Of a DNA stretch of 64,000 nucleotides, positions 1-13,900 are shown piece after piece (position 1 is the stretch's first letter; every line of letters starts with the position of its first letter). A program made the translations under genes and the position numbers. This stretch comes from Macrostomum lignano. Its lineage: Eukaryota. The notes below the pieces were generated by a model. It was not told the origin of the DNA and did no database searches. It saw nothing but the letters and a program-made list of their open reading frames with translations. The stretch is taken from the NCBI GenBank assembly GCA_002269645.1, contig NIVC01000038.1, positions 1,364,001-1,428,000 on the forward strand, read 5' to 3'.

Positions 1-139
1 GAGCGAAAATATTTATTTAATGAAGCAATTTAAACATGCTGCAAAGACGGAGATGCTTGAAACAAAAAAATCAAGGATATTCACCAAAACAGACGATTTG
101 AAAAATAACTGTTATTTGACGCACTGGCTTCATCAATGC

Positions 140-1773
140 TCAGCCTCCGACCCAGAACAGGCCGGTGACTGGTTTGTTTTCAACTGGTCGCAGGACGAAG
201 AAGCTGCCGGGCTTGCGCATGTTGATCTTGTCCTTGTCGATCTGCAGCACCGCGCCTGCGTTCGTGTGCGTGCCGCTGTAGCCGGGGGCGCTGAACACTG
301 TGATGCAGCGTCTGGGAAAAAGCCATAAAAGTATTGATAATGATCTCCCATGGCTGCGTGCACCCTGGCGCACTTTAGGCGACTTGTCGCACAACCGGCG
401 AGAGGCATTACTGCCCATTCCGCCGACTCCCCTGGGCAGGCACACAAGCGCGCGGATGCGTACGCAGTCATACGACAGGCACACACTCATACAGGAGTGT
501 ACAGCGGCCCTAACTTTATTTATCGCTAGGCATGTACACTTCACTGTGCCTTGGGGGTTGGCCAAACCCAAACAACTAACAAACTGACTAACTAACAAAC
601 TGACTGACTAACTAACTAACTGACTAACTAACTAACTGACTAACTATATGACTGACTGACTGACTGACTGACTGACTGACTCAGTGACTGACTGACTGAC
701 TGACTGACTGACTCAGTGACTGACTGACTGACTGACTGACTGACTCAGTGACTGACTGACTGACTGACTGACTGACTGACTGACTCAGTGACTGACTGAC
801 TGACTGACTGACTGACTGACTGACTGACTGTATGACTGACTGACTGACTGACTGACTGACTCAGTGACTGACTGACTGACTGACTGACTAACTAACTAAC
901 TAACCTGTTAAGGTGGGACATGAACCCTTCCTGCGCCACCTGATGGCCCCGAACAAGCAGTCCAGCTCCGAAGCTGTGCAGCGCCGACTCCAGCGCCTCC
1001 AGCGAGAACATGTACGAGCAGCCGCGCTTGCTGGGTGTCCAGTGCACCTTTGCGGGCTGGTCTCCGGCTTTGAACAGGCAGAACTGCGGATACGGCATCG
1101 GGTCCGCCCACAGCAGGTCGCAGGCGGCGCCAAACTGAGGCGGCTCAAATGGGCGTCGCATTGAATTTAGCGACGTAATAGCGGAGACCGGCTTGCTGGA
1201 GCGGTAGGGCTCCAGCTCGAATGTCGGCGATATGCCGCCGTGACAGCAGAAAATCTGCTGATTGATGAGGCCGGCCAGCGGCAGCCACTGGAAGCAGCGC
1301 AGGAAGCCCATCAGCACGCTGGTGCCAGTTTCGTTTCCAAACCGCTGCATCACCTCGTCCTTGAAACCGTAGCGACAGCAGACGTTTGCAGCCTCGTGGT
1401 TGCCACGCAGAAGGTAGACACTGTTTGGATAGACCAGCATGAGACTCAGCAGCAGCACGATCACCTCCAGCGAGTACTTTCCCCGATCGATATAGTCGCC
1501 GAGGAATAGGTACTTGGACTTGGGCGGCTGGCCCAGCCGATCAAAAATCCTGAGCAGATCGTGAAACTGGCCGTGAATGTCGCCCACAATGTTCACTGGA
1601 GATTGTACTCGAAGACAGATGGCCGTATCGCTGCTGAGGAAGTTGATGGCCAGCTGGCAGACTGTCAGACACTCGTCCGCGGTCAGGTTCGGGTGGCTGG
1701 AGTACTCATCGGCTGGGAAGCTCATCAGCCGGATGATGAGCTCGTTGAGGTTCATCTCAGCTGTGATCGGCAT
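140..1773 (-). CDS. PP1-like serine/threonine protein phosphatase (divergent PPP family), 2 exons: 1773-905, 311-140; 346 aa
   Basis: PPP motifs GDIHG, GDYIDRG, RGNHE, HGG, DLLWADP and RGHQ in ORF 892..1773. C-terminal RCITVFSAPGY..NAGA (equivalent to PP1 TLFSAPNY..NAGA) lies in ORF 140..598. Donor AACAG|GTTAGT at 905/904 and acceptor TTTTCCCAG|A at 312/311 are phase-2 compatible. Confidence 0.92.
390..562. mobile_element. Dispersed ~150-170 bp interspersed repeat, copy 1 (PP1 intron)
   Basis: Near-identical to 20244-20395 (ggcgagaggcatta-tgcccattccgccgactc...cacttcactgtgccttgggggttggc) and similar to 63546-63640. Confidence 0.7.
574..903. repeat. (AACT)n/(GACT)n tetranucleotide microsatellite in PP1 intron
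   Basis: Direct reading. Confidence 0.97.
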
Positions 1774-1997
1774 GGTTGGATCAGTGAACTCAGAAGTTCT
1801 TAATGAAACAGCTTTACACCTTGGCTGCAGCTGTTGAGCAGAGAGATAAATACGCTTGCAACGATCGAGCGCTCAGTTTTATTTGCAGTCTGTGGCCCAA
1901 CTGGGTGAGAAATACACGACTGTAGCATGCGCTCTGATTGCTATGGCTAAGTACACCCAATATTGCTCATGAACTACATGTGCATGTCTCAGTGTCT

Positions 1998-2400
<403 letters not shown>

Positions 2401-3111
2401 AAGACAGATACATAAACAAAGAAAGCATAGACAGACGAGTCTTAAAGTCTTGGGATCGAATCTCCGTCTTGTCAACCTTCAGTCAAGCAAAGCAGACAAA
2501 CCAGAGCTGACAAAGGCGGCTTAATAAGCAGCAAATAGCAAATTTTCTGAGCAAATATGAATTGCTTTAACCCAGGCAGTTGCTCTTTATAGTCTTGCTA
2601 AAGATTATATTCTATAAAAATATATTTGGTACTCGTACAACATGAACAATAAAAAACTAATCAATAGTTTATATCAATAAAAATTATCTCCATAAAATAA
2701 ATTATTCGCAATCGTAACTACCTGCCGTAGTACTCGTAGTATCATATTTTAATAACGGCATATGGAAGATCATAATCGGGTGTTAACCATCAATAAAAAT
2801 ATCTATTCGCAATAAAATTATATATGGAAGCAATAAATCTTGGAAGTCAGACATCTACTAAAATAAGTCAGGTACTTAAATATAGGCTCAATTTGCTAAT
2901 CGCTGAATAACAGTAGTAAACAAGGCGTTTTTTCTTGACGCGCAACTAGGAAATGAAAAAATCAACATTGGAATTGGATAATTTGGAATAGTTAGAAAAA
3001 CTGAGAAATTTGTGAATGGTGAAAGTTAGTAAATTAAGAAAAAATGGTTAAAGGGAAAAATGCGTGAATAGGGAAAATAGAGAAATATTCCGTGAACTTA
3101 GGAAGTACCTA

Positions 3112-4163
3112 TGAATGAGGGAAAGAACCTGTGAACAGGGAAGAATAATTTGTGAATGGGGGAAGAATTGGTGAACAGGGGAAGAATCTGTGAATGGGGG
3201 GTAAGTATCTGTGAATGGGGGTAAGAATCTGTGAATGGGGGTAAGAATCTGTGAATGGGGGGGGTAAGTATCTGTGAATGGGGGGTAAGTATCTGTGAAT
3301 GGGGGGGGGGTAAGTATCTGTGAATGGGGGGTAAGTATCTGTGAATGGGGGTAAGAATCTGTGAATGGGGGGTAAGTATCTGTGAATGGAGGTAAGAATC
3401 TGTGAATGGAGGTAAGAATCTGTGAATGGGGGTAAGAATCTGTGAATGGGGGTAAGAATCTGTGAATGGGGGGTAAGTATCTGTGAACGGGGGTAAGAAT
3501 CTGTGAATGGGGGTAAGAATCTGTGAATGGGGGGGGGGTAAGAATCTGTGAATGGGGGAAGAATCGGTGAACAGGGGAAGAATCAGTAAACAGGGGAATA
3601 ATTGGTGAATGGGGAAAGAATCGGTGAACAGGGGAAGAATCGGTGAACAGGGGAAGAATCGGTGAATGGGGGAAGAATCGGTGAACAGGGGAATAATTGG
3701 TGAACAGGGGAAGAATCGGTGAACATGGGAAGAATCGGTGAACAGGGGAAGAATCGGTGAACAGGGGAATAATTGGTGAACAGGGGAAGAATCGGTGAAC
3801 ATGGGAAGAATCGGTGAACAGGGGAAGAATCGGTGAACAGGGGAAGAATCAGTGAACATGGGAAGAATCGGTGAACAGGGGAAGAATCAGTGAACAGGGG
3901 AAGAATCAGTGAACAGGGGAAGAATCGGTGAACAGGGGAAGAATCGGTGAACAGGGGAAGAATCAGTGAACAGGGGAAGAATCGGTGAACATGGGAAGAA
4001 TCGGTGAACAGGGGAAGAATCGGTGAACAGGGGAAGAATCGGTGAACAGGGGAAGAATCGGTGAACAGGGGAAGAATCGGTGAACAGGGGAAGAATCGGT
4101 GAACAGGGGAAGAATCGGTGAATAGGGGAAGAATCGGTGAACAGGGGAAGAATCGGTGAATGG
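3112..4163. repeat. ~19-20 bp minisatellite (GGGTAAGAATCTGTGAATGG grading into GGGGAAGAATCGGTGAACA)
   Basis: Direct reading; intergenic between CK1 and PP1. Confidence 0.95.
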
Positions 4164-4274
4164 AGATACCGAATGTGAACCGACAATCCAAAACAACAGC
4201 ATGAGAAAATCAAGACAGATAGGTCAATTATATCGGAGAGCTGACTACAAAATCCCCCAGCATCAGGGAGCAGT

Positions 4275-5047
4275 TCACTGCTGCTGCATCACAGGCTGCT
4301 GAGGCGGCTGTGAGCAGATCTGATTGCGCAACACAATCCAATCGAAGGCCCAATCAAACTGGTAGCCCAGCTGACGCATGGCAATGCGCAACAATTGGCG
4401 CAGATAAGCGTAATCCGGAGCCTCGTCAAAGTGCAAACTGCGACAATAATTGATGAGCATAGCCAGTTCCGAGCAGGGAAAGCCCTGGCATAGGGACTCA
4501 ACGCTGGTCTGCATTTTGCATTCGCTAATCCGCTCGTATTTCTGACGCTTATTATTGGCTTTGAGACCCTGCCAGGGCAGCTGGGAGCTCAGGAAATAGG
4601 CCAGGCAGTAGCCAAGGCTCTCCAGATCGTCTCGACGAGACTGCTCAAGACCCAGGTGCGCGTTCACCGAGGCGTACCGGGCAGTGCCCGTCAGGTGCCT
4701 GCGGGGGATGGATTGAGCTGTGATTCCTGGCTTTGGCTGTGTCCAAACTCACCTGTCTCTCACTAATCTCACCTGTCTCTCACTAATCTCACCTGTCTCT
4801 CACTAATCTCACCTGTCTCTCACTAATCTCACCTGTCTCTCTCACCTATCTCACCTGTCTCTCTTACCTATCTCACCTGTCTCTCTCACCTATCTCACCT
4901 GTCTCTCTCACCTATCTCACCTGTCTCTCACTAATCTCACCTGTCTCTCACTAATCTCACCTGTCTCTCTCTTATCTCACCTGTCTCTCTCACTAATCAT
5001 ACCTGTCTCTCTTACTTATCTTACCTGTCTCTCTCTCTCCAATCTCA

Positions 5048-5119
<72 letters not shown>

Positions 5120-5201
5120 GTCTCACTTGTCTCTCTCTCTCACTAATCACCCCTGTCTCTCTCTCTCCAATCTCACCTGTCTCTCTCTCTCTCCAGTCTC
5201 A

Positions 5202-5272
<71 letters not shown>

Positions 5273-5356
5273 CTCACTTGTCTGTCTCTCTCTCACTAAT
5301 CACCCCTGTCTTTCTCTCTCCAATCTCACCTGTCTCTCTCTCTTTCTCCAGTCTCA

Positions 5357-5418
<62 letters not shown>

Positions 5419-7154
5419 GTCTCACTTGTCTCTCTCTCTCACTAATCACCCCTGTCTCTCTCACTAATCACCCCTGTCTCTCTCGCTTATCTCACCTGTC
5501 TCACTCCCCAGTCTCACCTGTCTCTCTCACTTATTTTAACTGTCTCTCACTTATGTACCGAGACACACTAAATCGCACTATCAGTTAGACAGACCCCAGG
5601 CGCACCTGTCCTCTCTATAGGGGATGTGCCGGCCTTTAAAGTCCAGGTACCGCTTGCACAAGCCGAAGTCAATCAGGTAAACAGTCTGCATGGCTGCCCC
5701 TTGGCCCATAGTGAAATTGTCGGGCTTGACATCCTGATGCACCCAGCCCTGACTATGCAGGTATTCCAGACGGGACAGCATCTGATCGGCAAGCATCAGC
5801 ACCTGCGGAGATGCGGGTATTCTGTCTGTAGCTACTTCTGAAGCAATATCTATTAGTAATTTAGGCATTTGAGATTTTTATGTATTTTCAGTTGGCTAGT
5901 ACGTATAAAGCCACGGATTTCCCCTGAGGTTTGGAACTAGGGAACTGTGGAGTTTCTAGAATTTTTTAAGCAGTTATTTTTAGAATCAGGTAACTCCCGC
6001 ATTGTTAGAATTAGGGGATTTCCCGCATTGTTAGAATCAGAGAATTCCCCGCATTGTTAGAATCAGAGAATTCCCCGCATTGTTAGAATCAGAGAATTCC
6101 CCGCATTGTTAGAATCAGAGAATTCCCCGCATTGTTAGAATCAGAGAATTCCCCGCATTGTTAGAATCAAGAAATTCTCAGTATTTATAGAATCAGGGAA
6201 TTCCCTGAATTGTTAGAATCAAGGAATTCCCAGTATTTATATAATCAGGGAATTCCCCGCTTTGTTAGAATCAAGGAATTCCCAGTATTTATAGAATCAG
6301 AGAATTCCCCGCATTGTTAGAATCAAGAAATTCTCAGTATTTATAGAATCAGAGAATTCCCCGCGTTGTTAGAATCAAGGAATTCCCAGTATTTATAGAA
6401 TCAGAGAATTCCCCGCATTGTTAGAATCAAGAAATTCTCAGTATTTATAGAATCAGAGAATTCCCCGCGTTGTTAGAATCAAGGAATTCCCAGTATTTAT
6501 AAAATCAGAGAATTCCCCGCGTTGTTAGAATCAAGAAATTCTCAGTATTTATATAATCAGGAAATTCCCCGCATTGTTAGAATCAAGGAATTCCCAGTAT
6601 TTATAGAATCAGAGAATTCCCTGCGTTGTTAGAATCAAGAAATTCTCAGTATTTATAGAATCAGGGAATTCCCTGCGTTGTTAGAATCAAGGAATTCCCA
6701 GTATTTATAGAATCAGGGAATTCCCAGTATTTTTTAAACCAGGGAATTCCCAGAAAAACGGGGATTTTCCAGAATTTCTATCGAGTTAGGATTTCCTCAC
6801 AGTTTTCACGCTGAACCGACGGGAGCAGAAGTTGAACAGCTCCTCAAGAGACGGTCCCAGCAGCTCCATCACCAGCACATTGTGTCGCAGCTCCTTGGCA
6901 AAATGCATCACCTTGGCAACTCCGGGAGAGCCAACAGTGCCAGTTTTATTCAACAGCTGGTACAGCTTGAACTCCGCCTCCAACTGGGGGTGCCTGGCAG
7001 TCACGGGTTCGAGTTTCACCGCCACCGGTTCCCCAGAGACACAGTTAACGCCCAGGTAAATATCCCCAAAGCTGCCAGAACCAATCTGCTTCATCAGTCG
7101 CCAGCGAGAGCCACTGCTGCCACCCTCGCTGCCTCCGCCAACGTAGTACTCCAT
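4275..7154 (-). CDS. Casein kinase 1 family kinase (CK1-alpha-like, divergent), 3 exons: 7154-6801, 5802-5606, 4698-4275; 324 aa
   Basis: [25 protein letters not shown]|[49 protein letters not shown] and LPWQGL are CK1 hallmarks. Splice sites ACT|GTGAGG, CCGCAG|GTG, GACAG|GTGCGC and CCCGCAG|G have consistent phases (0, 2). Confidence 0.93.
4748..5545. repeat. 20-22 bp CTCACCTGTCTCTCACTAAT minisatellite with (CT)n, CK1 intron 2
   Basis: Direct reading. Confidence 0.93.
5935..6770. repeat. ~26 bp minisatellite (GCATTGTTAGAATCAGAGAATTCCCC and AGTATTTATAGAATC variant), CK1 intron 1
   Basis: Direct reading. Confidence 0.95.
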
Positions 7155-7347
7155 TCAGCTATGAATCTGATATCAACACAAACAAATTCAATTAATTGAC
7201 ATTAGAAATGCACATCAAAGCAGTTGGCGACAAGTGGGCAGCAGGAAAGCATTGTGCAAGTTTTTGTGCAATGTCAACTATATGGTAAAGACGAATATTG
7301 GAGCCATGAACAGGTTTATAGATTGGAGAAAATTTATGGATTTGGAC

Positions 7348-7727
7348 TGCCAGTTTATGGAATCTGGGGTGCTAGTTTATGGAAATCTGGGGTGCCAGTT
7401 TATGGAAATCTGAGGTGCCAGTTTATGGAAATCTGGATGGCCAGTTTATGGAAATCTGGGGTGCCAGTTTATGGAAATCTGGGGTGCCAGTTTATGGAAA
7501 TCTGGGGTGCCAGTTTATGGAAATCTGGGGTGCCAGTTTATGGAAATCTGGGGTGCCAGTTTATGGAAATCTGGGGTGCCAGTTTATGGAAATCTGGGGT
7601 GCCAGTTTATGGAAATCTGAGGTGCCAGTTTATGGAAATCTGGGGTGCCAGTTTATGGAAATCTGGGGTGCCAGTTTATGGAAATCAGGGGTGCCAGTTT
7701 ATGGAAATCTGAGGTGTCAGTTTATAT
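7348..7727. repeat. 23 bp minisatellite GCCAGTTTATGGAAATCTGGGGT
   Basis: Direct reading; ~16 copies. Confidence 0.96.
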
Positions 7728-7924
7728 AGGAATCTAAAAATAGGAGAAGTTCACGAACAGCAAGTTTATAAATCCAATTAAATATTTATTTGCAGCCACA
7801 TAAAGTAGTCACTCCAGTACAAAATAGTGCAATGGAAAATCATCATTATAAAATCATCTAAACGGCAAATAAATCTCAGACAAAAATATAAAAAAATTGC
7901 CTTCAGTAAAAAACGTTTTAATAG

Positions 7925-10900
7925 AAAATTCTATCCACCAAAGAATCTATCCACCAGAGAATCTGTCCACCAAAGAATCTGTCCACCAGAGAATCTATCC
8001 ACCAAAGAATCTATCCACCAGAGAATCTGTCCACCAAAGAATCTGTCCACCAGAGAATCTGTCCACCAAAGAATCTGTCCACCAAAGAATCTGTCCACCA
8101 AAGAATCTGTCCACCAGAGAATCTGTCCACCAAAGAATCTGTCCACCAGAGAATCTGTCCACCAAAGAATCTGTCCACCAAAGAATCTGTCCACCAAAGA
8201 ATCTGTCCACCAGAGAATCTGTCCACCAGAGAATCTGTCCACCAGAGAATCTGTCCACCAAAGAATCTGTCCACCAGAGAATCTGTCCACCAAAGAATCT
8301 GTCCACCAGAGAATCTGTCCACCAAAGAATCTGTCCACCAGAGAATCTGTCCACCAAAGAATCTGTCCACCAAAGAATCTGTCCACCAGAGAATCTGTCC
8401 ACCAGAGAATCTGTCCACCAGAGAATCTGTCCACCAAAGAATCTGTCCACCAGAGAATCTGTCCACCAAAGAATCTGTCCACCAGAGAATCTGTCCACCA
8501 GAGAATCTGTCCAACAAAGAATCTGTCCACCAAAGAATCTGTCCACCAGAGAATCTGTCCACCAAAGAATCTGTCCACCAGAGAATCTATCCACCAGAGA
8601 ATCTGTCCACCAGAGAATCTATCCACCAAAGAATCTGTCCACCAAAGAATCTGTCCACCAAAGAATCTATCCACCAGAGAATCTGTCCACCAGAGAATCT
8701 GTCCACCAGAGAATCTGTCCACCAGAGAATCTATCCACCAAAGAATCTGTCCACCAAAGAATCTGTCCACCAGAGAATCTGTCCACCAAAGAATCTATCC
8801 ACCAGAGAATCTGTCCACCAGAGAATCTGTCCACCAAAGAATCTGTCCACCAAAGAATCTGTCCACCAGAGAATCTGTCCACCAAAGAATCTGTCCACCA
8901 AAGAATCTGTCCACCAGAGAATCTGTCCACCAAAGAATCTATCCACCAAAGAATCTGTCCACCAGAGAATCTGTCCACCAAAGAATCTATCCACCAAAGA
9001 ATCTGTCCACCAGAGAATCTGTCCACCAAAGAATCTATCCACCAAAGAATCTATCCACCAGAGAATCTGTCCACCAGAGAATCTGTCCACCAGAGAATCT
9101 ATCCACCAAAGAATCTGTCCACCAAAGAATCTGTCCACCAGAGAATCTGTCCACCAAAGAATCTATCCACCAGAGAATCTGTCCACCAGAGAATCTGTCC
9201 ACCAAAGAATCTGTCCACCAAAGAATCTGTCCACCAGAGAATCTGTCCACCAAAGAATCTGTCCACCAAAGAATCTGTCCACCAGAGAATCTGTCCACCA
9301 AAGAATCTATCCACCAAAGAATCTGTCCACCAGAGAATCTGTCCACCAAAGAATCTATCCACCAAAGAATCTGTCCACCAGAGAATCTGTCCACCAAAGA
9401 ATCTGTCCACCAAAGAATCTGTCCACCAGAGAATCTGTCCACCAAAGAATCTGTCCACCAAAGAATATGTCCACCAAAGAATCTGTCCACCAAAGAATCT
9501 GTCCACCAGAGAATCTGTCCACCAAAGAATCTGTCCACCAAAGAATCTGTCCACCAGAGAATCTGTCCACGAAAGAATCTGTCCACCAAAGAATCTGTCC
9601 ACCAGAGAATCTGTCCACCCAAGAATCTGTCCACCAAAGAATCTATCCACCAAAGAATCTGTCCACCAGAGAATCTGTCCACCAAAGAATCTGTCCACCA
9701 GAGAATCTGTCCACCAGAGAATCTGTCCACCAAAGAATCTGTCCACCAGAGAATCTGTCCACCAAAGAATCTGTCCACCAAAGAATCTGTCCACCAAAGA
9801 ATCTGTCCACCAAAGAATCTGTCCACCAAAGAATCTGTCCACCAGAGAATCTGTCCACCAGAGAATCTGTCCACCAAAGAATCTGTCCACCAAAGAATCT
9901 GTCCACCATAGAATCTGTCCACCAAAGAATCTGTCCACCAAAGAATCTGTCCACCAAAGAATCTGTCCACCAAAGAATCTGTCCACCAAAGAATCTGTCC
10001 ACCAAAGAATCTGTCCACCAAAGAATCTGTCCACCAGAGAATCTGTCCACCAAAGAATCTATCCACCAAAGAATCTGTCCACCAGAGAATCTGTCCACCA
10101 AAGAATCTGTCCACCAAAGAATCTGTCCACCAGAGAATCTGTCCACCAAAGAATCTGTCCACCAAAGAATATGTCCACCAAAGAATCTGTCCACCAAAGA
10201 ATCTGTCCACCAGAGAATCTGTCCACCAAAGAATCTGTCCACCAAAGAATCTGTCCACCAGAGAATCTGTCCACGAAAGAATCTGTCCACCAAAGAATCT
10301 GTCCACCAGAGAATCTGTCCACCAAGAATCTGTCCACCAAAGAATCTATCCACCAAAGAATCTGTCCACCAGAGAATCTGTCCACCAAAGAATCTGTCCA
10401 CCAGAGAATCTGTCCACCAGAGAATCTGTCCACCAAAGAATCTGTCCACCAGAGAATCTGTCCACCAAAGAATCTGTCCACCAAAGAATCTGTCCACGAA
10501 AGAATCTGTCCACCAAAGAATCTGTCCACCAGAGAATCTGTCCACCCAAGAATCTGTCCACCAAAGAATCTATCCACCAAAGAATCTGTCCACCAGAGAA
10601 TCTGTCCACCAAAGAATCTGTCCACCAGAGAATCTGTCCACCAGAGAATCTGTCCACCAGAGAATCTGTCCACCAAAGAATCTGTCCACCAGAGAATCTG
10701 TCCACCAAAGAATCTGTCCACCAAAGAATCTGTCCACCAAAGAATCTGTCCACCAAAGAATCTGTCCACCAAAGAATCTGTCCACCAAAGAATCTGTCCA
10801 CCAAAGAATCTGTCCACCAGAGAATCTGTCCACCAGAGAATCTGTCCACCAAAGAATCTGTCCACCAAAGAATCTGTCCACCATAGAATCTGTCCACCAA

Positions 10901-13900
10901 AGAATCTGTCCACCAAAGAATCTGTCCACCAAAGAATCTGTCCACCAAAGAATCTGTCCACCAAAGAATCTGTCCACCAAAGAATCTGTCCACCAAAGAA
11001 TCTGTCCACCAAAGAATCTGTCCACCAGAGAATCTGTCCACCAAAGAATCTATCCACCAAAGAATCTGTCCACCAGAGAATCTGTCCACCAAAGAATCTG
11101 TCCACCAAAGAATCTGTCCACCAGAGAATCTGTCCACCAAAGAATCTGTCCACCAAAGAATATGTCCACCAAAGAATCTGTCCACCAAAGAATCTGTCCA
11201 CCAGAGAATCTGTCCACCAAAGAATCTGTCCACCAAAGAATCTGTCCACCAGAGAATCTGTCCACGAAAGAATCTGTCCACCAAAGAATCTGTCCACCAG
11301 AGAATCTGTCCACCAAGAATCTGTCCACCAAAGAATCTATCCACCAAAGAATCTGTCCACCAGAGAATCTGTCCACCAAAGAATCTGTCCACCAGAGAAT
11401 CTGTCCACCAGAGAATCTGTCCACCAAAGAATCTGTCCACCAGAGAATCTGTCCACCAAAGAATCTGTCCACCAAAGAATCTGTCCACCAAAGAATCTGT
11501 CCACCAAAGAATCTGTCCACCAAAGAATCTGTCCACCAAAGAATCTGTCCACCAAAGAATCTGTCCACCAGAGAATCTGTCCACCAGAGAATCTGTCCAC
11601 CAAAGAATCTGTCCACCAAAGAATCTGTCCACCATAGAATCTGTCCACCAAAGAATCTGTCCACCAAAGAATCTGTCCACCAAAGAATCTGTCCACCAAA
11701 GAATCTGTCCACCAAAGAATCTGTCCACCAAAGAATCTGTCCACCAGAGAATCTGTCCACCAAAGAATCTGTCCACCAAAGAATCTGTCCACCAAAGAAT
11801 CTGTCCACCAAAGAATCTGTCCACCAAAGAATCTGTCCACCAAAGAATCTGTCCACCAAAGAATCTGTCCACCAAAGAATCTGTCCACCAAAGAATCTGT
11901 CCACCAAAGAATCTGTCCACCAAAGAATCTGTCCACCAAAGAATCTGTCCACCAGAGAATCTGTCCACCAGAGAATCTGTCCACCAAAGAATCTGTCCAC
12001 CAAAGAATCTGTCCACCATAGAATCTGTCCACCAAAGAATCTGTCCACCAAAGAATCTGTCCACCAAAGAATCTGTCCACCAAAGAATCTGTCCACCAAA
12101 GAATCTGTCCACCAAAGAATCTGTCCACCAGAGAATCTGTCCACCAGAGAATCTGTCCACCAGAGAATCTGTCCACCAAAGAATCTGTCCACCAAAGAAT
12201 CTGTCCACCAAAGAATCTGTCCACCAAAGAATCTGTCCACCAAAGAATCTGTCCACCAAAGAATCTGTCCACCAAAGAATCTGTCCACCAAAGAATCTGT
12301 CCACCAAAGAATCTGTCCACCAAAGAATCTGTCCACCATAGAATCTGTCCACCAAAGAATCTGTCCACCATAGAATCTGTCCACCAAAGAATCTGTCCAC
12401 CATAGAATCTGTCCACCAAAGAATCTGTCCACCAGAGAATCTGTCCACCAAAGAATCTGTCCACCAAAGAATCTGTCCACCAAAGAATCTGTCCACCAGA
12501 GAATCTGTCCACCAAAGAATCTGTCCACCAAAGAATCTGTCCACCAAAGAATCTGTCCACCAGAGAATCTGTCCACCAAAGAATCTGTCCACCAAAGAAT
12601 CTGTCCACCAGAGAATCTGTCCACGAAAGAATCTGTCCACCAAAGAATCTGTCCACCAGAGAATCTGTCCACCAAGAATCTGTCCACCAAAGAATCTGTC
12701 CACCAAAGAATCTGTCCACCAGAGAATCTGTCCACCAAAGAATCTGTCCACCAAGAATCTGTCCACCAAGAATCTGTCCACCAAAGAATCTGTCCACCAA
12801 AGAATCTGTCCACCAAAGAATCTGTCCACCAAAGAATCTGTCCACCAAAGAATCTGTCCACCAAAGAATCTGTCCACCAAAGAATCTGTCCACCAAAGAA
12901 TCTGTCCACCAAAGAATCTGTCCACCAAAGAATCTGTCCACCAGAGAATCTGTCCACCAAAGAATCTGTCCACCAAAGAATCTGTCCACCAAAGAATCTG
13001 TCCACCAAAGAATCTGTCCACCAAAGAATCTGTCCACCAAAGAATCTGTCCACCAAAGAATCTGTCCACCAAAGAATCTGTCCACCAAAGAATCTGTCCA
13101 CCAGAGAATCTGTCCACCAGAGAATCTGTCCACCAAAGAATCTGTCCACCAAAGAATCTGTCCACCAAAGAATCTGTCCACCAAAGAATCTGTCCACCAA
13201 AGAATCTGTCCACCAAAGAATCTGTCCACCAAAGAATCTGTCCACCAAAGAATCTGTCCACCAAAGAATCTGTCCACCAAAGAATCTGTCCACCAAAGAA
13301 TCTGTCCACCAAAGAATCTGTCCACCAAAGAATCTGTCCACCAGAGAATCTGTCCACCAAAGAATCTGTCCACCAAAGAATCTGTCCACCAAAGAATCTG
13401 TCCACCAAAGAATCTGTCCACCAAAGAATCTGTCCACCAAAGAATCTGTCCACCAAAGAATCTGTCCACCAAAGAATCTGTCCACCAAAGAATCTGTCCA
13501 CCAAAGAATCTGTCCACCAAAGAATCTGTCCACCAAAGAATCTGTCCACCAAAGAATCTGTCCACCAAAGAATCTGTCCACCAAAGAATCTGTCCACCAA
13601 AGAATCTGTCCACCAAAGAATCTGTCCACCAAAGAATCTGTCCACCAAAGAATCTGTCCACCAAAGAATCTGTCCACCAAAGAATCTGTCCACCAAAGAA
13701 TCTGTCCACCAAAGAATCTGTCCACCAAAGAATCTGTCCACCAAAGAATCTGTCCACCAAAGAATCTGTCCACCAAAGAATCTGTCCACCAAAGAATCTG
13801 TCCACCAAAGAATCTGTCCACCAAAGAATCTGTCCACCAAAGAATCTGTCCACCAAAGAATCTGTCCACCAAAGAATCTGTCCACCAAAGAATCTGTCCA

